From Perkinsus chesapeaki ATCC PRA-425 (lineage: Eukaryota; Protista; Perkinsozoa), in assembly GCA_013115145.1 (NCBI GenBank), contig JAAPAO010000145.1, positions 1-63,268 of the forward strand: a DNA stretch of 63,268 nucleotides. The letters run 5' to 3'. Within the stretch, counting starts at the first letter, position 1, and each line of letters begins with the position of its first letter. Shown piece after piece: positions 48,469 to 61,263 of this stretch. A model generated the notes under the pieces. The model was not told the origin of the DNA and searched no databases. It was given only the letters and a program-made list of their open reading frames with translations. The translations under genes were made by a program, and so were the position numbers.

Positions 48469-48597
48469 GGCGACACTGGTCGAGGTACAGGTCGAGAGCC
48501 CACCTTAGAGCTTTAATCGATCGCCTGATCGATAGCCGGTGCAAAAAGCGCACGCCCTGCAGAATTTTTGACTTGTTAACCTCGCGGTGCCTGTACA

Positions 48598-51332
48598 ATG
48601 GACTCTGGTGGGGAATACAGAGGCATCACTAGCATAACGGTGAAGCCAACGGGATCAGGGGTACGGAGGAGCCTTGTGCCGCTAGAGTCAGACGAACCTG
48701 TGAGAGCTGCATTTGACTATCGTTGCTTGACCAGCGTGACAGTACCCACCGGAACCGGTGAAAAAAAGCACCAAGGTGGCAACACAGGGCAAGACATATA
48801 CGGGGCCACCCACGGAACTAACAGCAATGCCTTATAGGGGCAATACAGTGAGATTGGAATTTCTTCCGAGTGCGAAACTGCGAGAATCTTTCAGCCATCG
48901 TACGGTTCTAGCTCGTCTCTGCGCCTTCAAAAGGATTCCGAGGTCTCCATGGCGTCGAGGTTTAGGAAGCTCCCCAAGGTCTTAGACTCCACTAGTCCAA
49001 CGGCAGGTGATTCAGCAGGTGACAGAGCAAAACCAAGGAACAGCCGACCTGGATCGAATAGACACTCTGTTGAGGAGTAACACTGGCAGAGGTAGCTAGG
49101 CTCACCGAGTCACAGGTATCCAAGGCAGCGGTCCACGCCGCAGAGGAAGGGTACACCGATTGGCGTCAAAGAAGTAATCGTATTGGTCACAGATGGCCTT
49201 AGCTCGACGCAGGAAGTCCTCCGCTGGTGGCCTCAATCTTGTGGACCTGGACGAGGCTTTCAAGGCCACTTTGGGCGACAAGCTCGCTGATAACGGTGGG
49301 AACAGGGGGCAGGGTTCTACCGAGGGCTTCAAGGAACGCCCATCCGGTGGACGAAGGCATCGTCAGAAAGCTGACGAATCTCAGCTGCAAGAATCTGGGT
49401 AACGTCGACGAAGAGGCAGTTTTATAGCGGTTGCCGTGCAGTCGTCCGATTTACACTCGGCGCCGCGAGGAACTAAATACGGTCCAAGAGGGACATGCTA
49501 GCAGGCCACCGATGATGATGAACTGGAGCACCAGGACACTTGGTGACATACACAAGTAGGAGAGGCAGCAGCAGACTCGAAGGCTGGACAGTGGGGACTC
49601 AGAGAGACCTGTGGACGTCTAGAGCATATTCGAGACTGTATGCGGACGCTAGGGGGCTCGGAAGTGGCGGAGCTCGAAGCCTCATTGACAGGCTTGTTGC
49701 GAGATATGCGTGGGAGCTGTCGAGAAGTCGAAGAGCGGTTTCGGTAGCGGCGGACATATGGGTCGCTTTGGTAGGTTGTATTAGGGATGTGGTTGAGGTG
49801 GCCATCAATGCTCGGGAGGATGCGAGAGCAGCCCTGATGGAGGGACCGATGGAGCGAGCCAGGCTGAAGAAGCTAGAGAAGGACCTAGAGGTATAATTGG
49901 TCTGACTCTAGGGTCGAGCCTTAGAGCTTCGACGTTGAACAGCTGCGGTATTAGACACTCTTTGGGACGATAAACTAGCGCAACTTCGGTATCTTTGTCG
50001 ATAGCTTTCTCCCTTCGCCATCCTATGTAAACGGCTGCTGCTGATTAAAAAGTACTTGTTTGTACAGGGTGGATACGAGAGGCGATTAGAGGAGGTTAAT
50101 AAGGCATGGTTAAAGGAGAAGGATAAGATAGAGTACGCAGGCAGCAGTACCAGTGTAATAGGAGGCCCCCGGTGAAGGCCTGTTTGTGGCAGATCTCTCA
50201 CGAAGAGGCTTCAAGGCAGGCTGGCGGAGCTGGGCGGGCCAGAGGGCTCGATGGAGACAGGTGGGAGAGACGGTATGGTGGGGTATAGAGAGCTGAGTTG
50301 ACAGCTGGTGGGAAGCTGGCAAAGGAGAACTTGGCGCTCAAGCAAGAGGTTGCACGCATGCGCACGCTGCATAGGCATGCTAATGAAGTGGGACTGGAGG
50401 CTGCTGCTGGGGGTGGTAAAGTGGCTGGGGCAGATGCATGTGGAGTCTCAACTAGAGGCAGCTCTAATGTTGGAGATGTTGGATGAACGAAAGCGTGATT
50501 TAGCGGGCAGTAAGGAGATGGCCGAGCAGATGGAGGAGACAGCTCGGATGACTAGGTAGTGCTTTGGTGGCTGAGGAGAGGAGTGGCTTGTTAATGGTAG
50601 CATTATGGTACAGCTAAGTAATGTTAGGCAAAGTTATTATATTTTTAATAATACAAATTGCCCTTTTGTTAGTGTGCAGCCTTCGACCAGGTTGATTAAA
50701 GCCAGTAGGAGGGTATGGCTGCGGCGGTAGGTTAAAGATGCCATAACCTGATAGGTGGGAAAATTTCAAGGGATCATGTCACCACGATAGACAATAATAT
50801 TACACTGTGTTTCGTAACTACATCTATAATATGAGGAGGCAGTGGCTGTCAGGGAGGAGCTGGAGGCCACCAGAGGGTCATGCCGAAGGCTCACCAAGAC
50901 CTTAGATCTGATCGATGCCCATGTCCTCCAGAAAAGCCTCGGCGCTGATCTGGGCATTCGACCGTTGTTGCTAAGGCGAGGAGGAGTCCGTAAGGGGACG
51001 GAGAGCGCGGTTGATATGACGGTAGTAGTGGCAGGGATATCGACGGACGCTCAAGGACGGCTTGGCGAGGCGACTAAGGCGGAGTGGAGAGGGGACAGAG
51101 TGCAGGTAGGAAGCAGTTGTGTTATGGATCTGGCAGCAGTGTCAACTTACACACCATGCCAGACTTGTCGTCTAAAATGAGTTCTACTGGGATTGCTAAG
51201 TTCACAGGTGGCAGTTTCCCGACTGTTCAGGGTCCCACTGAATCGAGATCGCTGACCCACGAATGTTTCACCAAGCGCTATTCGGATTCCTTCGGCTTCA
51301 GAGCAGTGCCGTCTGATGGCTTACCGAGGTGA
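48598..51332 (+). CDS. Hypothetical coiled-coil protein (multi-exon; end approximate)
   Basis: Exons with heptad-like E/K/R/L-rich content (MERARLKKLEKDLE; YERRLEEVNKAWLKEKDKIE; LAKENLALKQEVARMR; VREELEATRGSCRRLTKTL) flanked by GT/AG sites. Confidence 0.6.
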
Positions 51333-51649
51333 GAGAAGGCTGGGCTCCGTAAAAGATATTTTATATATGTTATATAGTAAGTTTCAGTAGCATATATATA
51401 CTAGCTACCACGGCTATCATACGCTAGCCGTAACTATGTATTCTTATGTACATACTATGAAATGAATGTTTTATAGCTTATCTCAACTGTCGGTAAACCT
51501 TAGGAGAATCTTATGGCGCGCATCCTCGCCTAGTCACCTTTCGAGAAGTTCTGGTAACCTTCGCTTCGACTAGTTTCCCTTGCCCGTTGGAAAGAATAAA
51601 CACACGCTCTTCAGTGCGGTGATTTCTCAATTTCCCCTCGTCAAACTGG

Positions 51650-54270
51650 TCTCCTCAGGCCCTTAACTGCTGGGAAGGCCGGTAGTAGCCACCTCACTGC
51701 CCTCAGTGGCTCTCTGGACGGTCCAGGTTCGGAAGGCATCTGTCGAGTCCTGGCTGTCTTTCGTCAAAGGATCAACGAGCATCGCAGTAACTCCATCAGA
51801 GCCTTGCCGGAAAGCCTGCCCTGGATGATGCGGAAGCCGTCGATTACCGAGGTGGGATGGTTGAAGCTATCGTAGTCCTTGGACTACTCCTCTTCGGTAG
51901 GTCTTCGGTAGGCCTCCTTCGGCAGGCGAGGTGGGCATGAGCCTGACACAAACACTGTCCCTTTGTCACAATCTAATGGATGCCTGGGCCGTGGACGCGT
52001 TGGCGACCGTCGGAGATTTTTCGCAGAAGACCGTGGGTTTTCCTGAGTTCACATACCAGTGGGGGCTTTCTTTTGGGGGGGGAGAAAGATTATTGAAGCT
52101 ACAGGTTTGTGACCTCGGAGCGTCTGGAGGATTACAGTTTAGCGGACGAGACGTCTTTTGTGGAATACCTCTTGGAGTTTGATGTAGCTGTGGCTGAGTG
52201 GCAGTTGGTGATGTCGTCGTGCAGGGCCACAGGCGAATGGGAGAGGTTATTGGTGCGATAGAAAAGTATAGGGGAGACGATTGGACGGTTATGGCAACGA
52301 GGATGATGGTAATAGGAAGGGTTGAGGCAATGCGGCCTGATGGCTTTTAAAAATCGGACGAATAATGGCGAATAGTGGTATTGAATAGTAACGTGTTAGC
52401 TTTGATTTCCAGCGTATTGATTTTGAACATTATGGAGAGACTGGTTCCATGAATTGTAGTGCAGAGACAAAGAAGCTGTGGCGGCAGTTGTCAGATCTGA
52501 GAGGGTCATGGAGGAAGGGCTTCCCTCGGGAGTGTACCTGATGTTTCCTCCTGCTCCTCGAGTGTCATATTTACTATCAACCATTCGACATCGGGGGCTC
52601 CGAGGAAACTACTGCCATGTAGCTGGAAGGTTTCCTGCTCCTCCTCCTCCCGAGTTGGCAGGCGTTGTGGTATGGTGATATCGGCCCCTCCTCCTCCCCC
52701 TCCTTCTGTCGGCCGGTGTAGTGATTGGTAGCGCACAGGCAACGGACAGTTAGAAATGACAATCCTGGGAAATTGTAGGAGTCAAGTCGTTCGCACAATC
52801 CTCAGAGGAAATATTAATATTGAATCTGCACGCATGCACATGAAGATACTCGAAGAGGTCGACTTGGATAGCTGCCTAGCTTACCACATCTGGCGATACA
52901 CCTGTTATCAAGGACCCTACAATCCAATCAACGACCATCTCGATATGACCACAGTTCGACAGTGTAATAGGACTGTCGCTGTCTCCCGGACACAACTGCC
53001 ATTAGGCATTACGTTGGCTCTACCTCTGGCACCTAGCGACATTCTGGCCCACGCGTTCGAGGTCATATTCGACATCTGTGCGGCTGACAAGAGGGACAGG
53101 TGCCACACCGGAATGCTACTTCGGTTGCTGCTTGAAGAGTATCTAGTAGGAGACGACATGCCGCCGAAGGAGGACGGGTGGCCGCCGCTTAGGTTGAACG
53201 ACACGAGCGAATGGTCAGCCTAGTGGCCATGGCTGATGTGGCGCTGGGAGTGGCACAGACTAGCTCCTTAACTGTGGGCCAAGTGGGAGTCCTGGTAGCG
53301 TTGAGGAAATGCAAGAGTACATAAGATTGCAAGATAGGTGAAGACCTTCTTCCCCTCTTGCCCGATGGGATATAACGCAACTGCTCTGGCGTTGTCTCGC
53401 GAGGCCATGCGGGTCCATCCGGAGGGTCTGGTCGACAGCAACAGCCTTCGAGTCGCTGTAGGGGTTGGGTGGTGACACGCCCCAGCAGGCTCTGTCATTA
53501 GGTGGAGGAATCTAATATTATGTGTCACCAGTTGATCACTCATCTGTTGCATCCGGGGAGAGCCTGTAGGCCTTAGTTGTCTTGGCGGCGGCTGCCAGTG
53601 GTGACGGTCAGGCTCCTTGGCAGCTTCGGAGGGATTCGACGCATTGATGGGGGTGCTTAAGAACAGTATTGATGTCAACCGGGAAGGAGGGGACAGTACT
53701 CGTTATCTGTCATTGCTTTCCTCGACCACCGTCTTGGAGAGGATACTCACGTAGGTCTATCTGCGGGGAGTGGGGTGGGACGCAAAAGCGTCTGGACCGA
53801 TTGCAGCTGGGGAAAAGTAGGCGAAATCTCGTCGGAAGTTTCTCGTCGGCAGCGGTCATCCTGTCTGGTCTGCTGGAGTGTCTCTGGTCTTATAGCCCCT
53901 AATAGGGGCTCTTCGGCTTTCACTTGGTAAGAATATAATAGTCAAATGCCCTTTACATCCTAGGTATGACCGGGGTAACCCGACGCCTCTGTGCGGTAGC
54001 CTACAGCAGCTTCTGAAGCTCTATGCAGAGTCACTGCTGGCAGTGGCTCAGACTGCCCTCTACGTTAACAGGTGGAAGAACAAATTCACGGTCGTCGGCG
54101 CCGACTGATGTTCGCGTTATAGGGGCTGTCGTGGCGAGGGTTCCGGGCTGTTGGGTACGGCGGATAGGAAGGTAGGGGATGTAGATATTATTGGGAATCT
54201 TGTTATCGCACTCGAAAGAATTTCGGGGATAGGTGATGGAAACAACTAAGGCAGCCCTGGCCAGCATGCT
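51650..54270 (-). CDS. Possible low-complexity hypothetical gene (structure unresolved)
   Basis: Cluster of GC-rich minus-strand open segments rich in Ser/Pro/Arg/Glu between two defined genes. I could not build a unique splice model. Confidence 0.3.
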
Positions 54271-54402
54271 CACGATTATAAAGCATTTCCTTCATCACAC
54301 GTTGTAAGAGCATGGTCTCTAGAGAGCCACTTGGTGTTAAGTTCGTATAAAAAAGGAGAGAGCGGTATGGGCGCTGTCAGTTTGATATTGTCCCTACCAG
54401 CT

Positions 54403-56311
54403 ATGAACATCCCGCCTCCTCGAGGGATGTTCCCCCCGCCTATGCCCCCACCAGGAGCCGGAGGATTCGTAAGCTCCAGACGGCACCGCACTGTGTAGAT
54501 TTCCTTAGATTCCCCCGCCGCCGTTCATGGGGCTTCCGGGAAGCTTCGGCATTGGCGGTTCCGGAATGACACTCAATGGTGTACCAGCGGGAGTGGTTGC
54601 TCCGGCAAAGAGAAGTAGGGCGGAGCGAAGCGAGTTTTGTTTTTAGTTTTTGCTCAGGCAAGCATAAGGTCAAGGCGAAGGGCCAGCTACGGAGAGCCGG
54701 TGGAAAGATATGGGCTGATCCCTCCCTGTCCGAGTGGCCCAATGACGATTTCCGGTAGTATACTGGGGACGACGAGGAGGAGGGTTACGGGAAATTATGG
54801 AGACAATTTCACGGGAGGATATTTCCTTTGGGTGGGCTCTGAGTTGCTGGAGGCGGTGCTGAATGGCGGTGGTTGTTCGATGGCATCCAGGATGATTACC
54901 AGACCAGGAATTGGGAATTAAAGAAAAGGGCTGTCTATGTTGTTGTTGTTTTTACAGTCTCCGGAAAGGATGGCCTAATGATTTCATATCCGTACTGGTG
55001 AAGCGATTCCTATTCTGGGCTTTTCAAGCTTACCTTGATTCATTTCTGACTCGTTTCCAATCCTCAGGATATTCTGCGGAGATCTTGGTAATGAAGTGAC
55101 GGACGAGCTGTTGCTGAACTCCTTCAAACAGTAATCATTGAGGACGGCCCTTGTGACAGTACAAGGCGCTCCTGTGTATTTAGGTACCGTAGCTTGCAGA
55201 TGGCCAAGATTGTTAGGGACAAACGGTCAGGGAAGAGCAAAGGTGAGGCCGAAGGCGGAGCGAAGCGAAGCGATTCATGTTATGATATTTTCGAAAGGTT
55301 ATGGTTTTCTGAGCTTCCGTGACCCAGAGGATATGATAAAGGCTTTGAAGGAGATGAACCATAAGTAGTAGTGGGGGCAATAGAATAGAAATATACTGGA
55401 GGATGTATTCACTGGGGCGCTTGATAGAAGCGTTTCGGTACTTGATGCATGCCGCTGTGTAATGAGGGACATTACAGAACGGCGAAGGTGCAAATTGCTA
55501 CTAATAAGTCATTCGGAAGACTTCTACCTAGTACGCTGTGAACTAGTGGGAGCTATTAACGTTCTGAAAACGAGGACGGTGAGAATCACTGATGACGTTT
55601 TGAAAAGTCCGTTACTATAGCACAGAGTTAATATTATATAATACTAGTGCCTTGGTTGAGCTCACCTAGTGGCTATAGGGTGTTCACGGTGGCGGTGTGG
55701 TAAAATTGGTATTTGTCAGATACGTAGGTAATAGGCCAATAACGTTGAAGAGGAGCAAATGGAAGGATAAGAATATAGGTAATAGAAGAGGGGAGGGCAC
55801 TTGAGGGTGGACAGGCTCAGTTTGGCCTATCAGTGCATTGACTGTTATTACAGTCAATGGAAGATTCATCCAGACCTTGGTGTGGTGGTCCTCCCGGTGG
55901 AGCAAATGCGGTGTATTGCCTTACTAGGGTATATAGGAATACAACATTCATCATATCTAATTGTATGTTTACATTGTGCAAGTGCTGCTGGTTTCACCTA
56001 GTTCTAGAGCAGCTGTGTCGTGGTGAAACGGCGGAGCTTTAGTAGTGCATTCTACCTCGTTTCGGAGAGCACCAGGGACATGTACGATAACAGTATACAT
56101 ATATACAGAATATAAGCGAACATCACAATTTCCAGTCATTGATTAGCTTCGCTCCGCTCAAATTGGTATCATCATTTCAGATTCCTCAAGGAACAAGAAG
56201 AACCCGTTGGATTTCCACGAGCTTATCCCGCAGAGGTGCAAGAATCTGCAGAAGTTCAAAAAACTGAAGAAGACTAGAACGGACGTGCCGGGGTCGATAA
56301 AAAAACAATAA
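54403..56311 (+). CDS. RBM42: RBM42-like RRM protein (tri-snRNP-associated), multi-exon
   Basis: Pro-rich N-terminus, then LRRAGGKIWADPSLSEWPNDDFR|IFCGDLGNEVTDELL...AKIVRDKRSGKSK|GYGFLSF...KEMNHK|YVGNRPITLKRSKWKD, matching the RBM42 signature as recalled. Confidence 0.92.
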
Positions 56312-56623
56312 AAGCGTCGTCCTCATATAAAAGCTTGATATCATCACTGCTGACTTGCGTTATGTATTCTTATAAGGGATGTGGTGAGCTGCATGCAGAG
56401 AAATAATACTACTGTGAATATGTAAAGGCGCTATTTTGCGTACAGGAGCTAAGTGGAGAATTTGACACTTCGGAACGGCCGATCGATGGTAGCGTTTCAT
56501 CGAGACGTGCTGTGGCAAGTAGATTTAATATAAGTTCTGAGAATCTTTAAATGCTAGCTTGTTGATTCAGCAGGTATATTTGTTAGCGATCTGTAAGGAC
56601 ACCTGGAAAAGTTCCGGGTGATT

Positions 56624-56695
56624 GGAAAAATTTTGCAGAAAATTTTCGGAAAATTTACTGAAACCTTGCAGGAAATTTTGCGGGAATCTTGCAGT
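56624..56695. repeat. Degenerate ~11-12-nt tandem repeat (GSAAAATTTT-like), related array at 11888-11944
   Basis: ggaaaaatttt gcagaaaatttt cggaaaattta ctgaaacctt gcaggaaatttt gcgggaatctt. Confidence 0.6.
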
Positions 56696-56777
56696 AGAAG
56701 TTACAGGGACATAGAGAGAAATACGATGTTTTCGGATATTATGGGTAGTGTGCATGGTGGCGTCAGGTGAAGGTCAA

Positions 56778-59700
56778 ATGTCTACTTCCTCTTCGGTAGC
56801 AGCCCATGGACACAACGATACTAAAGAATATGGTAGACGTTTAGAGGAGCTGTATGCTGCTGAGGGGGATGAGATAATGAGAGCTAAGGTGCCACAGTTC
56901 ATGGAGAGGTAGTATTGGCAAAGGCTAGGATGCCTAAGATGGCAACCAATGGGCTATATTAATATCATAGGGAACTATATAAGGGGTGTCATCAAGTGAT
57001 ATTAATCACTTAGTACGTTGTGCATTGCGATGAAACTTGGTGAGGGCCAAACAGATTACGAGTTGAGCAGAACTCGTAATCTATTAAGTCAAAACCCATT
57101 TATTATATGGCCATAGACTTGGTATATTTTCCTATATCATATATTTTTGGTATTATTTATCATTTTTCTACCAAATTTCCTATGGTTTTTGGGATAGGTA
57201 TGAATGATAAGGGATAATATAGAATGACGAAAATCTTAATCAATAATAATAGCGTTACTAAATAAAGATGAAATAGCACCAAGATTATGAGCGCTCAAGA
57301 GACTGGATGGGCTACCTTATCTTCTCATCAGGTACTCCTCCTGCCCTGCTCTCTTTTTTCGACTAGTTAAAGATAAGTTCGAGAGAATATCCAACGGTCG
57401 ACGGGACGCAGCACCGGTAGCTACCAGTGTTGGGGACCAGGCAGTTGCTGACGGTAATAGGGTGCGAGCACTTCGTTTGGAAGGGAAAGTGGACCAGTTT
57501 TAAATAGGGGGGGAAAAAGAAGCTCTCTCGGCAAGAGAGTGATAAATGTCAGAATTATTGAAATAACGGAGAGCTTCGTTGCATATGACTTTATGATTTG
57601 CTGCTCACTCTACTGTATGAGACTTTGTCCTTGAGGCAGTTTTATGAGCTCAGGGACTTCAGCCGGGTATTGGGGGGCTAGATATGCAATAATGCAGAAA
57701 TGTACAGCTGTTTTAGGAGACAGCGAGATGAGGCTCATAAAAGCTTCATGTTTTACTGGCTGAAATTTATGAGTGTTTTGTCGTAGGAGACCCGATGGAT
57801 ATATTAATGGGCGACAGTGGGGCTGATGAGGAGATGGCCGCCGCCTTTACTGAGGACTTCAAAGGCGATCCTGCCTTACTGGTGAAGCAGGAGACCAGTA
57901 AAGCAACGGTGGCTGTGCAACAAACTAGCAAAAAGAAAAGAGGAAGTATTATGGGTCTCTGGGGAGGTGATTCCTAAGCCCTGTGTTCAGCTCTGCCACC
58001 TTTGGATGCCTCGGAATACGACGTGTTTAAGCGCTACTTTAATGGGTTGCGGTCGGAAGAGGGCCGGATGTATACCTTACCATCCTCGACCATGCCGGAG
58101 AAATGTGTGGCTTGGTAGTAGCGTTATCGAGATGCCTTGTAATGCTGGTTCTCAGTAAAGTGGAGGGGCATACAGTGGGGAATTGCCCTTATAGAAGATG
58201 CACCAAATGTGGTGAGATGGGACATGCTGATGCGGAAGGATGTCAGGATAAGGGTGCTGGGACTGATGAGCAGGTTGAGGTGATACTAGGGAGTTGGGGG
58301 TGGGGCATTGGAAGAAAATAAATTATAGTAAATTACACATATCTATAGAAATTGGCGGGTTTCGTAACGACTGAGCGTTATGTTACTGGCGGTATGTCCG
58401 TGGATTTATCACCAGGCAACAAGCAGGTGAAGTGATAGAGCAGTAGTAGACATAGTTTCAAAGTCTGTAATGGTGTGACGGGGGAGAGCTTCTCACAATT
58501 GCGTATGTTTCTCAATACGCTATCGGCCAAGTACATAAACCCTTATCGGTTTAACTGTAACAGCAGTTAGAATGCCGGCAAGGAAATCTTTGTGAGCCTA
58601 CATGCAGCAGAGAGGATAAATCTTCAGAAGTCATGAGGAGGGAACAACTTAAACTACAAGCGCCAAATCTCAATTCTAGTGCATTTTCAAGTGAAGCAGT
58701 TTGTGGGGTCTGACAGGCTCTTAAGGAGGATGCTAAGGTCGGGGATTTAGGGCTCATGACATCGGAAAAACAATAATTGTTGGCTCGTGTCTTGACACTA
58801 TATACGCGGCTGTTATTTATATTAATATCCCTGACTCGTGATATCCCTGTATTAAAGACTACATTGAAAGTTGTTCAGTCGGTGGTGGAGGAGGAGGTTG
58901 CCATTGTACTTGGCAAAGGCACCAGTGCCGTCTCCAAGGACGAGGCCGCATTTGTTCTTGACTCGCTAAGGTAGGCTCTACATAGCCCCTTCGTTGGATG
59001 TGTCTATAAGGTGCACTACTTGTGGCGGTCGAGGACACGGGCTTTATTGCAAAGCGAAGAGTAGGGGACAGTTATTGTGTGCTAGGAGTGTTGTGTTAGG
59101 GTTTGGTCTGTGGGAGAGACCAAGCAAAAGTGCCTTGCTGGGAGGTGTGGACAAGCCGTCTGCATCGCATCATCGTCATAGCAGTGAGAGTAGACCGAAG
59201 AAGGCAGAGGAAGAGGAAGATACAAAGTAGGTCGGGTTGACAGCTGGAGGGGCGAACCAGTTACCTATGAGGACCCTTATTTAGGTCGAGAACTCGAGAG
59301 AAGCGCAAAAGAGCAAGTTCGCGGTCTCGGTCGAGAAGGTAGGTTACCGAAGGATGCACCCGCCGCTGTGAAGTTACGAAAATAACAATTCCCACTTCAA
59401 TGCGGTCCGTGTAGATTTGGAGAATTGAATTCGAAATGAAAAGTTAATAAAATATCAGTGCACAACCTCCTGACGCGGTGGGAGCGATATGTTTGCTATT
59501 GTGGGAGTCGTTTGAATGCAGATGCTGCTGCCGAAGACGGGTCAGTTGAATTATCTATCTCCTGTGCACTCTTCGAGGGGGTCATCGGTGGAAGCGTGGA
59601 TGGCTTGCATCGTGGCCCGGCAACTGCTTCGCTCCGCTCTGTTCGGATGCGCTTTTTCAGATCGCGAACGCATGACTCGAGGACTGCTAGACGCAGGGAA

Positions 59701-60640
59701 TCTTCAGAGAGACATCACACGTAATATTGTGGCGCGCGGTCACGCTACTTGTTGATTCAGTCGTTCTCCGGAGCGTCGTAGCGAACGTGGTGGCACGAAA
59801 GATGACAAGAGCGGTCGTAAGTCTGGGTCGTCGACGTGACACTCGAAGTTGGTTTCTCAGTGCCAAAGCCAGGCGGATCGTTCTTTGCCAACCTACCGCC
59901 AGTACGGGACGATCGATCACAGCAGCAGCAGCACCGTCGGAGCTACATGCGAAAGGGAGTTGCTGAGGGCAAGTCGGCGGCTGCTGTTGGGGACAGCCGG
60001 TGGGCTGGTAGGCTTGCTGTGGCTCATACCGACTTTTCCACAACTTCTGTTGGGATCAGGCGTCGGCACTGATGTGGCTGCTGAGAGCAGTGGAGGGCAC
60101 CGGGAATGGGAATCATACGGACGAGGGTATCACCGGGGTGGTGATTACCATAAGAAACAATCGTCGACTGCTGGGAAGGAGTAGGCGGAGTTGAGGGAGG
60201 TTTTCAGGAATGATTCTATTTCAGCGAGTTCGGCCGAGCCCTGACATTGAGATCTCGAGAGGAGAGTCTTAGGGAGAACTACGGACGACAGCGCGAGGGT
60301 GAGTGCTTAGTATCATCTTATCGATCAAATGGCGTCATTTCAGAGCCGGCTGGAAGGAAGCGAGGGATTGCCTTCGGTGCAGGGGGAGGCAGATCTGATC
60401 GAGAGTAGTAAGTTTCGGCGCCGCTGGGGTCTGGCAGTCTCACGGCTCAGTTACGGCGGATCGTCTCGGAACGCTTGGGAAGGATCGGCTTTCCAACAGT
60501 AAGCAGCATTTCGACTTGGTACGGTAGAGGTTCCATTTTAGGGATGACCTTACCAGCTGGACCAGGCGAGGCGATGAAGCGGTGAGTTGGGATGGGTGTT
60601 CATGGTGTAGGAGGAGAAGGTGCTCATGTCATCAGACTAG
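56778..60640 (+). CDS. CCHC zinc-knuckle protein with RS/RD-rich C-terminus (multi-exon; termini approximate)
   Basis: Spliced knuckles CVAC|KVEGHTVGNC, CTKCGEMGHADAEGC and CTTCGGRGHGLYC; later exons SRTREKRKRASSRSRSRR, RSPERRSER and DEFGR. Confidence 0.75.
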
Positions 60641-60970
60641 AGTCATCGATGATGAAGCCAGCAATCTCAACGCACGTCTCATAGAGGTTGATATCACCGA
60701 CTTGGATGGCAGACGGAAGGTCGTGCTTTTGACACCGGGAAGGTAAGGCAATTGCGGAGCGGGTCATTTCATTATTAAAGACAATTGCCGAGAAACAGTG
60801 AAAGTTTAAACAGAGGCGGCCCGGCTATTCTGATAGGGTCGAATCTCCTCGGTAAAATCTAGTGTAAAAATTCACTGTTTTTGGTTCACCAAATGCCGTT
60901 GGTTCGAGAAAAATTTTGGTCAAAATTGGCTCCTGATTGCCAAACCTGATCCGTGCCTGCATTCAGTACC

Positions 60971-61191
60971 ATGTCCGATCTCGTCGAGTGGTATGCAGCT
61001 CGAGCGCCAGACCCATCTAAGGTTCGAGTGGTCGATGTGAACTCGGGGGTGGATTATGGCAACAGGGAAGTGACGGTGAAGAGGCTCGCCGACAATCAGC
61101 TCGGTAGAGGTAGATGCTCTCCATCGACCTCTGCGCAATTTTGGCAGGTACCGTGCGCGTCCGGCTGGAGACCTATACTGGCCACTACTGA
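60971..61191 (+). CDS. Candidate small protein (~60 aa, 2 exons)
   Basis: MSDLVEWYAARAPDPSKVRVVDVNSGVDYGNREVTVKRLADNQLGR|GTVRVRLETYTGHY* via a GT-AG intron. No homology recognised. Confidence 0.35.
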
Positions 61192-61263
61192 TGAGACAGT
61201 TTCACTATGGTTGCGCTTTTTCCGGTTGTGTTCGCTATCATCACCATCATGAGCATTTTTATC

